A stretch of 64,000 nt of DNA from Pseudomonadota bacterium (GCA_023451735.1 JAEXYH010000071.1:135497-199496), one strand, 5' to 3'. Positions 1 through 9,341 are shown, counted from the first letter of the stretch. The notes: a model not told the origin generated them from the sequence alone. Numbers and translations are program-made.

Positions 1-1
1 G

Positions 2-70
2 GAATCGAAGGCGTTTCTCGTCAATATCGAACCTTCGACCGCACCCAAGGACAAGGAGGTTAGCGTCTGA
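2..70 (+). CDS. fdnG: 3' end of formate dehydrogenase-N/O alpha (catalytic) subunit, truncated by window start
   Basis: Frame 2 reads [22 protein letters not shown], matching the KAFLVNIE C-terminus of FdnG/FdoG. Its TGA overlaps the ATG of the beta subunit (TGATG). Confidence 0.85.
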   Translation, partial: ESKAFLVNIEPSTAPKDKEVSV

Positions 71-1062
71 TGGCTAATACCATGGACAGCCCACGCACCG
101 CCGTCAGCAATCCGCCGGTGCAGCCGATGGAAACCAACCTGACGCAGCGCGACCTCATCCGTCGTTCTGCAACATCCGAGCTGCCGCCACCCGAGCGGCA
201 GCTCACTCCGGTCGCAAAGCTCATCGACGTGTCGAAATGCATCGGCTGCAAGGCCTGCCAGTCGGCATGCGTGGAGTGGAACGATACACATCCGGTTGTC
301 GGCGAAAACGTCGGTTATTATACCAACCCGCACGATCTCACCGCCGACATGTTCACGCTGATGCGGTTCTCCGAATGGATAAACCCGGAAACCGACAATC
401 TGGAATGGCTGATCCGCAAGGACGGCTGTATGCATTGTGCCGACCCGGGCTGTCTGAAAGCATGCCCGGCGCCGGGTGCGATCGTGCAGTATTCGAACGG
501 CATTGTCGACTTCGTGCATGATAACTGTATCGGCTGCGGTTATTGCGTGAAGGGCTGCCCGTTCAACATTCCGCGCATCTCGAAGGCGGATCACCGTGCC
601 TACAAATGCACGCTCTGTTCCGACCGTGTCGCCGTCGGTCAGGGTCCGGCTTGCGCCAAGGCCTGTCCCACTCAGGCGATCGTCTTTGGGACCAAGGAAG
701 ACATGAAAAAGCATGCGGAAGGCCGTATCGCCGATCTGAAGTCCCGTGGTTACACCAATGCCGGCCTTTATGATCCGCCGGGTGTCGGCGGCACGCATGT
801 CATGTACGTGCTGCACCATAACGACAAGCCGCATATCTATTCGGATCTGCCCGACAATCCGGCCATCTCGGCCGTGGTCGAGACCTGGAAGGGCGCGACG
901 AAATATGCCGGCCTCGCTGTCATGGGGTTGGCAGCCGCTGGAAGCATCCTGCACGGCCTGTTCGCCAAGGCCAACCGCGTGTCCAAACACGAGGAGGAAG
1001 AGGCGAAGGAGCTGATCGATGAAAGTGTCGAGCATGCCGACAAGCGGGTGGAGGACGCCTGA
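70..1062 (+). CDS. fdxH: Formate dehydrogenase beta (iron-sulfur) subunit
   Basis: Four Cys clusters ([18 protein letters not shown]...[18 protein letters not shown]...PAC...CP), [10 protein letters not shown] motif and C-terminal membrane anchor. Confidence 0.95.
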   Translation: MANTMDSPRTAVSNPPVQPMETNLTQRDLIRRSATSELPPPERQLTPVAKLIDVSKCIGCKACQSACVEWNDTHPVVGENVGYYTNPHDLTADMFTLMRFSEWINPETDNLEWLIRKDGCMHCADPGCLKACPAPGAIVQYSNGIVDFVHDNCIGCGYCVKGCPFNIPRISKADHRAYKCTLCSDRVAVGQGPACAKACPTQAIVFGTKEDMKKHAEGRIADLKSRGYTNAGLYDPPGVGGTHVMYVLHHNDKPHIYSDLPDNPAISAVVETWKGATKYAGLAVMGLAAAGSILHGLFAKANRVSKHEEEEAKELIDESVEHADKRVEDA

Positions 1063-1775
1063 TGAGTACGCCTGCCAACACTGCGCCCAAAACCAGTCCG
1101 GTGCGAGCCGGGGCTGAAGATTCCATCCGTCGCGGACCACCCGTCGAGGTGGTCCGTTACGGACCCGGAAAGCGGATCAACCATTGGATCACTGCCTTCA
1201 GCCTGATCCTCCTGTTGATCTCCGGTCTTGCCATGTTCCACCCGTCGCTGTTCTTCCTCACCGAACTGTTCGGTGGCGGGCAGATGACGCGCTGGATCCA
1301 TCCGTGGATCGGCGTCGTGCTGTTCATCTCCTTCTTCATCCTGTTCGCGCAGTTGTGGAAGCTGAACCTGCCGAACCGGGACGATGTGCAATGGGCCTCG
1401 CAGATCGGTGACGTCATCGGCGGCCACGAGGAAAATCTGCCGGAGCTCGGCAAATACAATGCCGGCCAGAAGTTTATCTTCTGGGGTATGGCGAGCCTCA
1501 TAATCGTGCTGATCGTCACCGGAATCATGGCCTGGGAACAGTATTTCGGTCAGCTGACGAGCATTCCGACCCAGCGCATCGCGCTTCTGGTCCACTCGCT
1601 CGCCGCAGTCGCTATCATCCTGATCTTCATCCTGCATGTCTATGCGGCCATCTGGACCCGCGGCACCATAAGCGCGATGACGCGAGGCACCGTGACCGGC
1701 GGCTGGGCCTGGCGCCACCACCGCAAGTGGTTAAAGGACATGGCTGGACGCGGCAGGATCGATCCGGCAGAATGA
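1062..1775 (+). CDS. fdnI: Formate dehydrogenase gamma (cytochrome b556) subunit
   Basis: RINHW, GKYNAGQK and WAWRHHRKW motifs, four TM helices with heme-ligating His, and operon position. Confidence 0.93.
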   Translation: MSTPANTAPKTSPVRAGAEDSIRRGPPVEVVRYGPGKRINHWITAFSLILLLISGLAMFHPSLFFLTELFGGGQMTRWIHPWIGVVLFISFFILFAQLWKLNLPNRDDVQWASQIGDVIGGHEENLPELGKYNAGQKFIFWGMASLIIVLIVTGIMAWEQYFGQLTSIPTQRIALLVHSLAAVAIILIFILHVYAAIWTRGTISAMTRGTVTGGWAWRHHRKWLKDMAGRGRIDPAE

Positions 1776-1780
1776 AAAAG

Positions 1781-1810
1781 TGGCGTTGCACGCCCATGCG
1801 TGCGACGCCC
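1781..1810 (+). other. Intergenic hairpin between fdnI and fdhE
   Basis: GGCGTTGCACGC-ccat-GCGTGCGACGCC inverted repeat with no U-tract, so more likely an mRNA stabiliser or processing signal than a terminator. Confidence 0.5.
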
Positions 1811-1906
1811 AAAAGGTTTCAATGACGCATCTTCCGTCTGAGGATTTTTCCGTCTTCAAACTAATGCGCAACAGGAAGCTGTGGCCGGTCGGCCCTGCGA
1901 GGTAGA

Positions 1907-2830
1907 ATGTCCATATCGTCTCTACAGCCCGATCCTTCGATGATCGGGGGTATTTCCAAGGCGCCTTTCGCCCTGATGCCGAATCCGGCCCGCTTTTTCA
2001 AGGAACGGGCCACGCGTTTCGAGGTTCTCGCCGCAACGAGCAATCTCGCCCCCTATCTGAAATTCCTGGCCGATATTGTGCACATCCAGGCCGATCTCGT
2101 GTCGGAACTGCCGCCGGTTGCACCGGTCGATGCCGAACAGGTCGCTCGCGCCCGCGACGGCGCCATGCCGCCGATCGATCGTTCGGCGATGATCCAATCT
2201 GACGAATACCGAAAGACCGTGCGGCTGTTTCTCGATCGCGCGCAGGCCTTGGACATGCCCGCAGCGGCGGCGGAAGCGCTTGGTGCCGTGCGTGCGGCCG
2301 ATGACGAGACGATTGCCTGGATGGCCGGTAACGTGATTGCCGATGCGCTGCCGGTCGAAGGCCTTGCGCATCATCTCTTCTTGGTTGCAGCAACGCAGGT
2401 TCATGCCGCGCGGCTGGCGGCACTTCTCGACGGCAAGGCGCTTGTGCCGGTATCGGTCGGCGTATGCCCCGGCTGCGGCGGCAAGCCCGCAGGCTCGATG
2501 GTAATCGGCGTACAGGGCGCGGAAGGCGCACGTTACGCCTGCTGCTCCTGCTGCGCGACAATGTGGAACGAGGTTCGCGTGAAGTGCCTTGGTTGCGGCT
2601 CCACCAAGGGTGTCGGCTATCGCTCGGTCGAGGTCGAGGGCAGTGAAGAGGCGGTCATCAAGGCGGAAATCTGCGACAACTGCAATAGTTGGAGCAAGAT
2701 CCTCTACCAGAACATGAACCCGACGCTCGAAATGATAGCGGACGACGTGGCGAGCCTCGGTCTCGACTTATTGATGAAGGAAACGGATTATCGCCGCGTC
2801 GGCTTCAATCCATTCCTGATCGGGTATTGA
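1907..2830 (+). CDS. fdhE: Formate dehydrogenase accessory protein FdhE
   Basis: CPGCG, RYACCSCCATMW...RVKCLGCG, CDNC and ADDVASLGLD motifs. Confidence 0.93.
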   Translation: MSISSLQPDPSMIGGISKAPFALMPNPARFFKERATRFEVLAATSNLAPYLKFLADIVHIQADLVSELPPVAPVDAEQVARARDGAMPPIDRSAMIQSDEYRKTVRLFLDRAQALDMPAAAAEALGAVRAADDETIAWMAGNVIADALPVEGLAHHLFLVAATQVHAARLAALLDGKALVPVSVGVCPGCGGKPAGSMVIGVQGAEGARYACCSCCATMWNEVRVKCLGCGSTKGVGYRSVEVEGSEEAVIKAEICDNCNSWSKILYQNMNPTLEMIADDVASLGLDLLMKETDYRRVGFNPFLIGY

Positions 2831-2834
2831 GCCG

Positions 2835-4235
2835 ATGCCGGGATTAGCCGATCTTCGCCTGCTGCCATCCGTCGATCGGATCATGAACCTGCCGTCGATT
2901 GCACCATTGCTGGAGCATCACGGCCGTGCTGTTGTGACCGACGAATTGCGCAAGGTGCTCGCCGATATCCGCGAGGCGGTGAAGGCTGGCGCCGATGTGC
3001 CGGATGAGGCAGGCGTGCTCGCCTCGCTTGCCAGCCGTATTGGTTATCTGGAAAAATCCAATCTGAGGCCGCTCTTCAATCTGACCGGCACGGTACTGCA
3101 TACCAATCTCGGCCGTGCGTTACTCGCTGAGGAGGCGATCGCGGCGGCCGTCGATGCCATGCGGGATGCGGCGGCTCTCGAATTCGATCTCGATACCGGC
3201 AAGCGCGGGGAACGCGACAGCCACCTGCGCGAGCTGCTCTGCGAATTGACCGGCGCAGAGGATGCGACGATCGTCAACAATAACGCGGCCGCAGTTCTGA
3301 TCGCGCTCAATGCCGTTGGCGCCGGCCGTCAGGCGATTGTCTCGCGCGGCGAGCTGATCGAGATTGGCGGTGCATTCCGGATGCCCGACATCATGGAACG
3401 GGCCGGCGTCGAGCTTGTCGAGGTCGGGACGACCAATCGCACCCATCCGCGCGACTATATCAAGGCGATCGGGCCGGAGACGGCGCTGATCCTCAAGGTT
3501 CACACGTCCAACTACCGTATCGAGGGGTTTACGGCCGAGGTCGAAGGTGCAGAGCTTGCGAAGATCGCCAAGGATCTCGGTGTTGCGCTGCTGAACGATC
3601 TCGGGTCAGGCACGCTCGTCGATCTGTCGCGTTACGGTCTCGCGAAGGAGCCGACCGTGCGCGAAGCGGTGGCGGAAGGTGCCGATCTCGTGACGTTTTC
3701 CGGCGACAAGCTTCTCGGCGGACCGCAGGCGGGTTTTATAGTCGGCCGCAAGGAGCTGATCTCCGAGATAAACCGTAACCCTCTGAAACGGGCACTGCGG
3801 GTGGACAAAATTCGGATCGCCGCGCTCGCGGCAACGCTGAGACTCTATCGCGATCCGGATCGGCTTGGCGAACGGCTGCCGACATTGCGCATGTTATCGC
3901 GTACAGAATCGGAAATTCATTTGCAGGCTGGGCGTTTAGCGCCACAAGTTAACGCTCTGCTTCAGCCGCGTGGCTATGACGTCGAGATTTGCCTGTGCTC
4001 CAGCCAGATCGGCTCCGGTGCCTTGCCGGTCGATACGATCCCAAGCGTCGGCTTGCGGATCACTGCTGCATCCGGCAGCGCGCTTGAAACGCTGGCCTCG
4101 CTGTTTCGTTCGCTTCCGCGCCCGATCCTTGGGCGGCTTCAGGACGGTGCGATGGTGCTGGACCTGCGTTGCCTTACCGATGAGGATGCGTTCATCGCAA
4201 GCCTTTCCGATGGGACAGGCCATGCGCTGGCTTGA
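2835..4235 (+). CDS. selA: L-seryl-tRNA(Sec) selenium transferase
   Basis: NLTGTVLHTNLGRA, SRGELIEIGGAFRMPDIM, EVGTTNRTH and FSGDKLLGGPQAG (PLP lysine) motifs. Confidence 0.97.
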   Translation: MPGLADLRLLPSVDRIMNLPSIAPLLEHHGRAVVTDELRKVLADIREAVKAGADVPDEAGVLASLASRIGYLEKSNLRPLFNLTGTVLHTNLGRALLAEEAIAAAVDAMRDAAALEFDLDTGKRGERDSHLRELLCELTGAEDATIVNNNAAAVLIALNAVGAGRQAIVSRGELIEIGGAFRMPDIMERAGVELVEVGTTNRTHPRDYIKAIGPETALILKVHTSNYRIEGFTAEVEGAELAKIAKDLGVALLNDLGSGTLVDLSRYGLAKEPTVREAVAEGADLVTFSGDKLLGGPQAGFIVGRKELISEINRNPLKRALRVDKIRIAALAATLRLYRDPDRLGERLPTLRMLSRTESEIHLQAGRLAPQVNALLQPRGYDVEICLCSSQIGSGALPVDTIPSVGLRITAASGSALETLASLFRSLPRPILGRLQDGAMVLDLRCLTDEDAFIASLSDGTGHALA

Positions 4236-5043
4236 TCGTCTGCGCGGCAAGGCTAGGGAGCCGGAAATCTCCTCCGCTTCTGTCGAGATGGAGCGCGCTC
4301 TGGTGGCGGCCAATTCGGGAGATTATGAGACGGCTCTGGCGATCTGGGAACCGCTCGCCCGCGCTGGCAACGCCCGCGCCCAGAATAATATCGGTGCCTG
4401 TTTCGCCGAGGGGCTTGGCGTCGCCTCCGACCGGCCGCTGGCGCTGAAATGGCTGTCGTTGTCGGCAGAGGCGGGCGATCCGGTTGGCCAGCGCAACTGT
4501 GCCGCTTTTTACATGCAGGGTTCGGACGCTACCGGCTCGGATGCGGAACCGGCCAAAGCCGCAAAACTCTACCGCCTTGCCGCCGAACAGGGTGATGCGC
4601 CATCGCAGGACATGCTCAGCTGGCTTCTGCTCGAAGGCGAGATAATCCCGCCCGATCCGGTAGAGGCAAGACTCTGGGCCGAACGCGCGGCGGAAAGTGG
4701 TATAGCTGCCTCGATGACACGCCTTGGCATGCTCTATCACAATGCCATGGGTGTCGACCGTGACCCGGCACAAGCCGTTTACTGGTGGCGCAAGGGTGCC
4801 GCAGGCGATGACGCTGATGCGCAGGCCATGCTGGGAGCGGCCTGCCATATGGGAGCCGGTGCGCTGGTCGATCATGTTACGGCGCTCGCGTGGCTGCTGC
4901 GGGCCGTCAATGGCGGCAGCGCGCTGGCCCAGCCTTTCCTGAAACCTGTTCGCGATAGCCTCGCACCGGATCAAACGGCTGAATCCGAACGCCGTGCAAG
5001 ACTGCCGTTGGCCGAGATGATCGCGGCGGGAGACAAGTCATGA
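4222..5043 (+). CDS. Sel1-like (SLR/TPR) repeat protein
   Basis: Repeated Sel1 units (AQNNIGACFAEGLGV..D...ALKW, LYRLAAEQGDA, LGMLYHNAMGVDRD..QAVYWWRK). Start placed at ATG 4222 (MRWLD). Overlaps selA by 14 nt and selB by 4 nt. Confidence 0.85.
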   Translation: MRWLDRLRGKAREPEISSASVEMERALVAANSGDYETALAIWEPLARAGNARAQNNIGACFAEGLGVASDRPLALKWLSLSAEAGDPVGQRNCAAFYMQGSDATGSDAEPAKAAKLYRLAAEQGDAPSQDMLSWLLLEGEIIPPDPVEARLWAERAAESGIAASMTRLGMLYHNAMGVDRDPAQAVYWWRKGAAGDDADAQAMLGAACHMGAGALVDHVTALAWLLRAVNGGSALAQPFLKPVRDSLAPDQTAESERRARLPLAEMIAAGDKS

Positions 5044-7094
5044 TCATCGGAACCGCAGGCCATATCGATCATGGCAAGACGGCGCTGGTCAAGGCGCTGA
5101 CGGGCACCGATGCCGATCGGCTGAAAGAAGAGAAGGCGCGGGGCATCACTATCGATCTCGGCTTTGCCTACGCGAATTTTGCCGGTGACGCGGTTACCGG
5201 CTTTGTCGACGTGCCCGGCCACGAGCGCTTCATCCACACCATGCTGGCCGGCGCCGGAGGGATCGACTTCGCACTCCTGGTCGTGGCGGCCGATGACGGG
5301 ATCATGCCGCAGACCCGCGAGCATCTCGCCATCCTCGACCTGCTGGGCATTTCCCGAGGGATCGTCGCGCTTACCAAGGCTGATCTCGTTGATGCAGAGC
5401 GGATCGACGATTTAACCAGCAACATCCACACTCTGCTCGCCCCGACGCGCCTGAGGGGCGTGGACATTCTGCCGGTCTCGGCCCTGACCGGCCAAGGCAT
5501 GGAAGACCTCAAGACCGTTCTTGCCGAGGCTGAGCGTGCCACCGTCGAAACCGCGATCGATGGCCGTTTCCGCCTTGCCGTCGATCGCTCCTTTACGTTG
5601 TCAGGTGCCGGCACGGTTGTTACCGGTACGGTCTTGTCGGGTTCGGTGGCGATCGGCGATGCCATCATGGTATCGCCTTCGGGCCTCTCTGCTCGCGTCC
5701 GCTCCATCCATGCCCAGAACCAGAAGGTAGAGCGTGGGTTCGCCGGCCAGCGTTGCGCGCTCAATCTTGCCGGCGAAGCGATTACCAAGGATGCGATCCA
5801 CCGCGGCGACATGGTCGTCGATCCCGCTCTGCACGCCCCAACCGACCGCCTCGATGCCGAGCTTTCCGTTTTGCCGGGTGAGCCGAAGGCGATCGGGCAG
5901 TGGTTTTCCGCAAGGTTCCACCATGAAAGCGCCGAGGCCGGTGCGCGTATCGTACCATTGGAAGGCCCGGTCGCACCAGGCGGCACCGCCCGGGTGCAGC
6001 TTGTACTCGACCGCCCGATTGCAGCCGCTGTTGGGGACCGTTTCATTCTCCGCGATGTCTCCGCCCAACGAACGATCGGCGGCGGTACGTTGATAGACCT
6101 GCGCCCGCCAGCCAGAAAACGCCGCACGCCTGAGCGGCTCGAGCAACTGATCGCTGCGGCGAAACCCACCGCTGCCGAACAGCTTTCCGCCCTGCTCGAC
6201 ACAGCACCCTTTCTGGTCGATCTCAACGCCTTTGCCCGCGATCGGGCCATGTCGCAGCCGCAACTGACTGCCGCGATGGAAGTTGCAGGCGTCGTTTTGG
6301 TGGAAACCGGCGGTATCGGCTATGCCATGTCGGCGACACACCGTGCTGCCTTTTCCGCGCAACTGATCGAGTTGTTGGCAGCCTTCCATTCGGAAAATCC
6401 GGAATTGCAGGGGCAGGGCCGCGAACGCCTGCGCATGGCGATGGAGCCACGCCTGCCGGCACCTGTCTTTCTCGCGGTGATGCGCACCGAGGCGGCCGCC
6501 GACAATATCGTGCTTGAAGGTGCTTTTCTGCGGCTGCCCGGTCATGTTGCCCAGCTGGGAGAAGCCGAGGAGGCGCTTTACGCCGATATTCTGCCGCATC
6601 TGACGAAGGACCATCGTTTCCGACCACCGCGCGTGCGCGATCTCGCCGAACTGCTCGGCGTCGACGAACGCGAAGTCCGGCGCGTACTGAAACTCTGCGC
6701 GCGGCTCGGCCGTGTCGATCAGATCCGCCCCGACCATTTCTTTACCCGTGCCACGACGGCAGAGATGGTGACGATCGTGCGGGAGGTGGCGGCACAGACG
6801 GAACATGGGGAATTCGTGGCTGGCTCCTTCCGTGACCGGGTCAACAACGGTAGAAAAGTCGCGATCGAAATTCTCGAATTTTTCGATCGCCATGGCGTAA
6901 CCATACGACGAGGCGATCTTCGCCGCATAAACCCGCATCGGCTCGATCTGTTCGGTCTGTCCGTTCCTGATGCCGAAAATGGAAGAGAATCGTCCCCGGT
7001 GGGGCGTCCGGACTTCAAATCCGGGTGGGGCAGCGACGCTGTCTTGGGTGGGTTCGACTCCCATTCTCTTCCGCCATCAGGAGAAAAATCGTGA
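5040..7094 (+). CDS. selB: Selenocysteine-specific translation elongation factor SelB, with a C-terminal tail encoded by the nested tRNA gene
   Basis: [22 protein letters not shown] and DVPGHERF motifs, plus winged-helix C-terminus ([13 protein letters not shown]). Confidence 0.97.
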   Translation: MIIGTAGHIDHGKTALVKALTGTDADRLKEEKARGITIDLGFAYANFAGDAVTGFVDVPGHERFIHTMLAGAGGIDFALLVVAADDGIMPQTREHLAILDLLGISRGIVALTKADLVDAERIDDLTSNIHTLLAPTRLRGVDILPVSALTGQGMEDLKTVLAEAERATVETAIDGRFRLAVDRSFTLSGAGTVVTGTVLSGSVAIGDAIMVSPSGLSARVRSIHAQNQKVERGFAGQRCALNLAGEAITKDAIHRGDMVVDPALHAPTDRLDAELSVLPGEPKAIGQWFSARFHHESAEAGARIVPLEGPVAPGGTARVQLVLDRPIAAAVGDRFILRDVSAQRTIGGGTLIDLRPPARKRRTPERLEQLIAAAKPTAAEQLSALLDTAPFLVDLNAFARDRAMSQPQLTAAMEVAGVVLVETGGIGYAMSATHRAAFSAQLIELLAAFHSENPELQGQGRERLRMAMEPRLPAPVFLAVMRTEAAADNIVLEGAFLRLPGHVAQLGEAEEALYADILPHLTKDHRFRPPRVRDLAELLGVDEREVRRVLKLCARLGRVDQIRPDHFFTRATTAEMVTIVREVAAQTEHGEFVAGSFRDRVNNGRKVAIEILEFFDRHGVTIRRGDLRRINPHRLDLFGLSVPDAENGRESSPVGRPDFKSGWGSDAVLGGFDSHSLPPSGEKS
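6981..7076 (+). tRNA. selC: tRNA-Sec (anticodon UCA), nested in selB on the same strand
   Basis: 8-bp acceptor stem GGAAGAGA/TCTCTTCC. 6-bp D stem CGTCCC/GGGGCG with 4-nt loop. Anticodon stem CCGGA/TCCGG with TCA at 7015-7017. Long variable arm, 5-bp T stem with TTCGACT loop, G discriminator and encoded CCA. Confidence 0.97.
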
Positions 7095-7474
7095 GCAATC
7101 CTTCCGCCGAAACCGACTTCGACGACTGGGTGATCGACACCTATGCCGATACCGGTTCCTTCACCATGCTGTTCATTCTGGTGGCGATCAGCGAGACAAA
7201 GGTCGAGCTTTTGCGCTCCGCCTATCTGCATGTGGTGGGCGACGAGCTGCGCTGGCCGGATATGATCAAGATTTTCAAAGGCGCCGGCATCCACTGGTCC
7301 GGCGTGGTCTTTTATCGCGCCGGCCGCGAGGGATTGGTTGAGGACAAGGACGCGAAGGCGCGTCTCTCATCGCTGGTGCGCAAGCTCGATGAGGACCGCT
7401 CGCTGATCCGCGACGGTGAATTCTTCAATGAGGACGGGCTGCGGATGATGATCGAAGAAATCAAGCCGCATTGA
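7091..7474 (+). CDS. Hypothetical protein (127 aa), apparently translationally coupled to selB
   Basis: GTG start overlaps the selB stop (GTGA), GGAG RBS at about 7081, globular-looking sequence and host-like codon use. Confidence 0.75.
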   Translation: MSNPSAETDFDDWVIDTYADTGSFTMLFILVAISETKVELLRSAYLHVVGDELRWPDMIKIFKGAGIHWSGVVFYRAGREGLVEDKDAKARLSSLVRKLDEDRSLIRDGEFFNEDGLRMMIEEIKPH

Positions 7475-7488
7475 TGCGGCAGAGGCGT

Positions 7489-7622
7489 CCCTCACCCTGA
7501 TCCTCTCCTCCGCTTTAGGGGAGAGGGAACGTGCTCAACGCGACCTATTTATTGGGGGGCAAAACGGTGGGAATATCCCTTCTCCCCGCGAACGGGGGAA
7601 GGGGTGGCAGCCGGATGAGAGG
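7489..7622. repeat. RIME/REP-like intergenic mosaic element (two facing palindromic units)
   Basis: CCCTCACCCTGATCCTCTCC...GGGGAGAGGGAAC and CCCTTCTCCCCG...GGGGGAAGGGG...GGATGAGAGG lie between convergent genes. They resemble rhizobial CCCTCTCCCC/GGGGAGAGGG repeats. Confidence 0.7.
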
Positions 7623-7648
7623 TAAACCCAGTCACCTGGGCCAAAAGA

Positions 7649-8716
7649 TCAGGCCGTGATTTCCTTGGAGGAAATCGAATAGGCAAACGTCTTCGGGCTC
7701 AAGCAATCCACTTCGCCACGCGAGGTAAATGCCGCCGGATACATGAAGAAGTTCTGGCGGATTTCGCTGCCCGGAAGCGTGATGTCACGGGCGGTGTTGT
7801 AGCCGATCCAGTTCATTTCCCAGTTGCCGAAAGCCTTCTGGCGGAAAGCCTGAACTGCATCATTGTCGAGCGGCAGCTTCTCTTCCAGCACGACCTTGCG
7901 GACATCGGCCGGATCGACCGGCACCCAGCCCTGGCCTTCAAGATAGACTTCGGCGCGACAGTGCTGGGCACCGGTAATGTCGCCGGCACGGCCGAGTGTC
8001 TTGAACTGTTCGGAATTGGCAACGCGGATGCCGAAGACGTCGCGGGCGGGCAGGCCGGCGGCGCGGGCGAGCGCGGTGTAGAGGCTGTTGATGTCGGCGC
8101 ATTTGCCGCCGAAATAGCCGGTTTCCAGCATGTCCTTGACATTGCCGACGCCACAGCCGGCGACATTGGCATCGCGAAACGTGTTTTCGACGACCCAGTC
8201 ATAGATGGCGCGGGCCTTATCCTCGTCCCTCTCACGGGTACCGATGATGTTCATCGCCGTGTCTTTGACGATGCCGTCGATTGGCGCGCTCGGCGTGCCG
8301 ACGAGGGCGGCATCGAGTTCGGCCTGCTCGACGGCAAAGCCATCGGCCGTGCGGTTGCTGGTCTGGATGGTCTGGGTAAATTCGATGGTGCGCTTCCCGT
8401 CGGCCATCCATTCGACGGAAAGAATGTCGGCGCCGGAAGTGGCATCCTTCTTCATCTCGATCTGTTTGGCTTCGGAGGTCCAGTAGGGCGCGGACGACTT
8501 CTGGTATTTACCGGCAGACTGGGCAACGGGCAGCCATAGTTTTGCAGGTCCGGTGACGTCGGTCAGGTCAATTTTGGTCGTGACTTCGAACGTGCGCCAA
8601 GTGGCAGTGTCCGCCGCCTTGTCGGCGGCAAGAGCCGAGCTCGCGCCGCGAGAAATAAAAGCAGCGGCAACGGATGCTGTTGCGGCATGATTGAGGAAAC
8701 GGCGGCGGTTCAACAT
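7649..8716 (-). CDS. Tat-exported transglutaminase-like (Cys-His-Asp) protein
   Basis: MLNRRRFL twin-arginine signal, GGKCADIN (Cys), QHCRAEVY (His) and GWVPVDP (Asp). GGAG RBS before ATG 8716. Confidence 0.85.
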   Translation of the reverse strand: MLNRRRFLNHAATASVAAAFISRGASSALAADKAADTATWRTFEVTTKIDLTDVTGPAKLWLPVAQSAGKYQKSSAPYWTSEAKQIEMKKDATSGADILSVEWMADGKRTIEFTQTIQTSNRTADGFAVEQAELDAALVGTPSAPIDGIVKDTAMNIIGTRERDEDKARAIYDWVVENTFRDANVAGCGVGNVKDMLETGYFGGKCADINSLYTALARAAGLPARDVFGIRVANSEQFKTLGRAGDITGAQHCRAEVYLEGQGWVPVDPADVRKVVLEEKLPLDNDAVQAFRQKAFGNWEMNWIGYNTARDITLPGSEIRQNFFMYPAAFTSRGEVDCLSPKTFAYSISSKEITA

Positions 8717-8886
8717 GATGGTCCAACTCCTGTCAGCGCGCATCGACCCGAAACAGAACGGGTTACGGATACTATGATGCGCGGCTCAAATTGCGATAAA
8801 ATGTCACCTTGCCTTACTCCTTTTACTGAAGCCGCGGAAACAGGAATTGTTATCTTCAAGCTTTTTTGAGCGGTTTCGTACCGAAC

Positions 8887-9291
8887 TCAGCAGCCTTGAC
8901 TGGCTTCTGACCTGCTTGACGCAGGCGCATCGCTCGGTACCGCCATGGCAAGATCGAGACCGCGCGCGGTCGGCGGCTGCCAGGTTTTCGATTCGGGCAA
9001 AGCTCCCTGCGGATTGGTACCGATATGCGCGCCGCCTGTACCACCGGTCCAGCCGGTCGAACCGCTATTGCCAGGCGCCGTTCCATCGGCAGTCTGGCGG
9101 TCCGGCGCTGTTGCAGCCTCGGCTTTGTTGGCAGAGTTGCAACTTCCTTTGCCCTCCAGGCTTTGGGTAGAAGATGGTGCCTCTGTATTTTGAATTTGCG
9201 CCGTGGCTGGGGTTGTTGCCAGACCCAGCCCCAGAGTGGACGCGGCAAGACAGACGGAAAGCGTCAGCAATTTCGTTCGGGAAACGGGCAT
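8887..9291 (-). CDS. Small secreted hypothetical protein (Gly/Thr-rich)
   Basis: Sec-type signal peptide ending ATA-Q, AAGGAG RBS and an EcfG-type promoter upstream. Confidence 0.65.
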   Translation of the reverse strand: MPVSRTKLLTLSVCLAASTLGLGLATTPATAQIQNTEAPSSTQSLEGKGSCNSANKAEAATAPDRQTADGTAPGNSGSTGWTGGTGGAHIGTNPQGALPESKTWQPPTARGLDLAMAVPSDAPASSRSEASQGC

Positions 9292-9315
9292 TGGGGAACT
9301 CCTTCAGTTCCTCAC

Positions 9316-9341
9316 AACGCCCGTGCCCGAAGGCTAGTTCC
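9316..9341 (-). promoter_or_regulatory. Putative sigma-EcfG (general stress) promoter
   Basis: GGAAC-N17-CGTT on the minus strand, 25 nt upstream of the 9291 start. Confidence 0.65.

Noticed and set aside
3970..4221. N-terminal extension of the Sel1-repeat ORF as given in the ORF track
   Set aside because: It overlaps selA out of frame and looks like shadow translation. ATG 4222 is more plausible.
5601..7064. 487-aa antisense ORF over selB/selC
   Set aside because: Typical antisense shadow of a high-GC coding strand, with no recognisable motifs.
8710..8895. The small secreted ORF ends Gly-Cys-TGA next to selD, followed by a hairpin and a frame that stays open for about 58 codons, suggesting Sec read-through
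   Set aside because: The hairpin loop is only about 7 nt from the UGA, closer than in a typical bacterial SECIS. The extension looks like ordinary intergenic sequence, and an open stretch this long can occur by chance.
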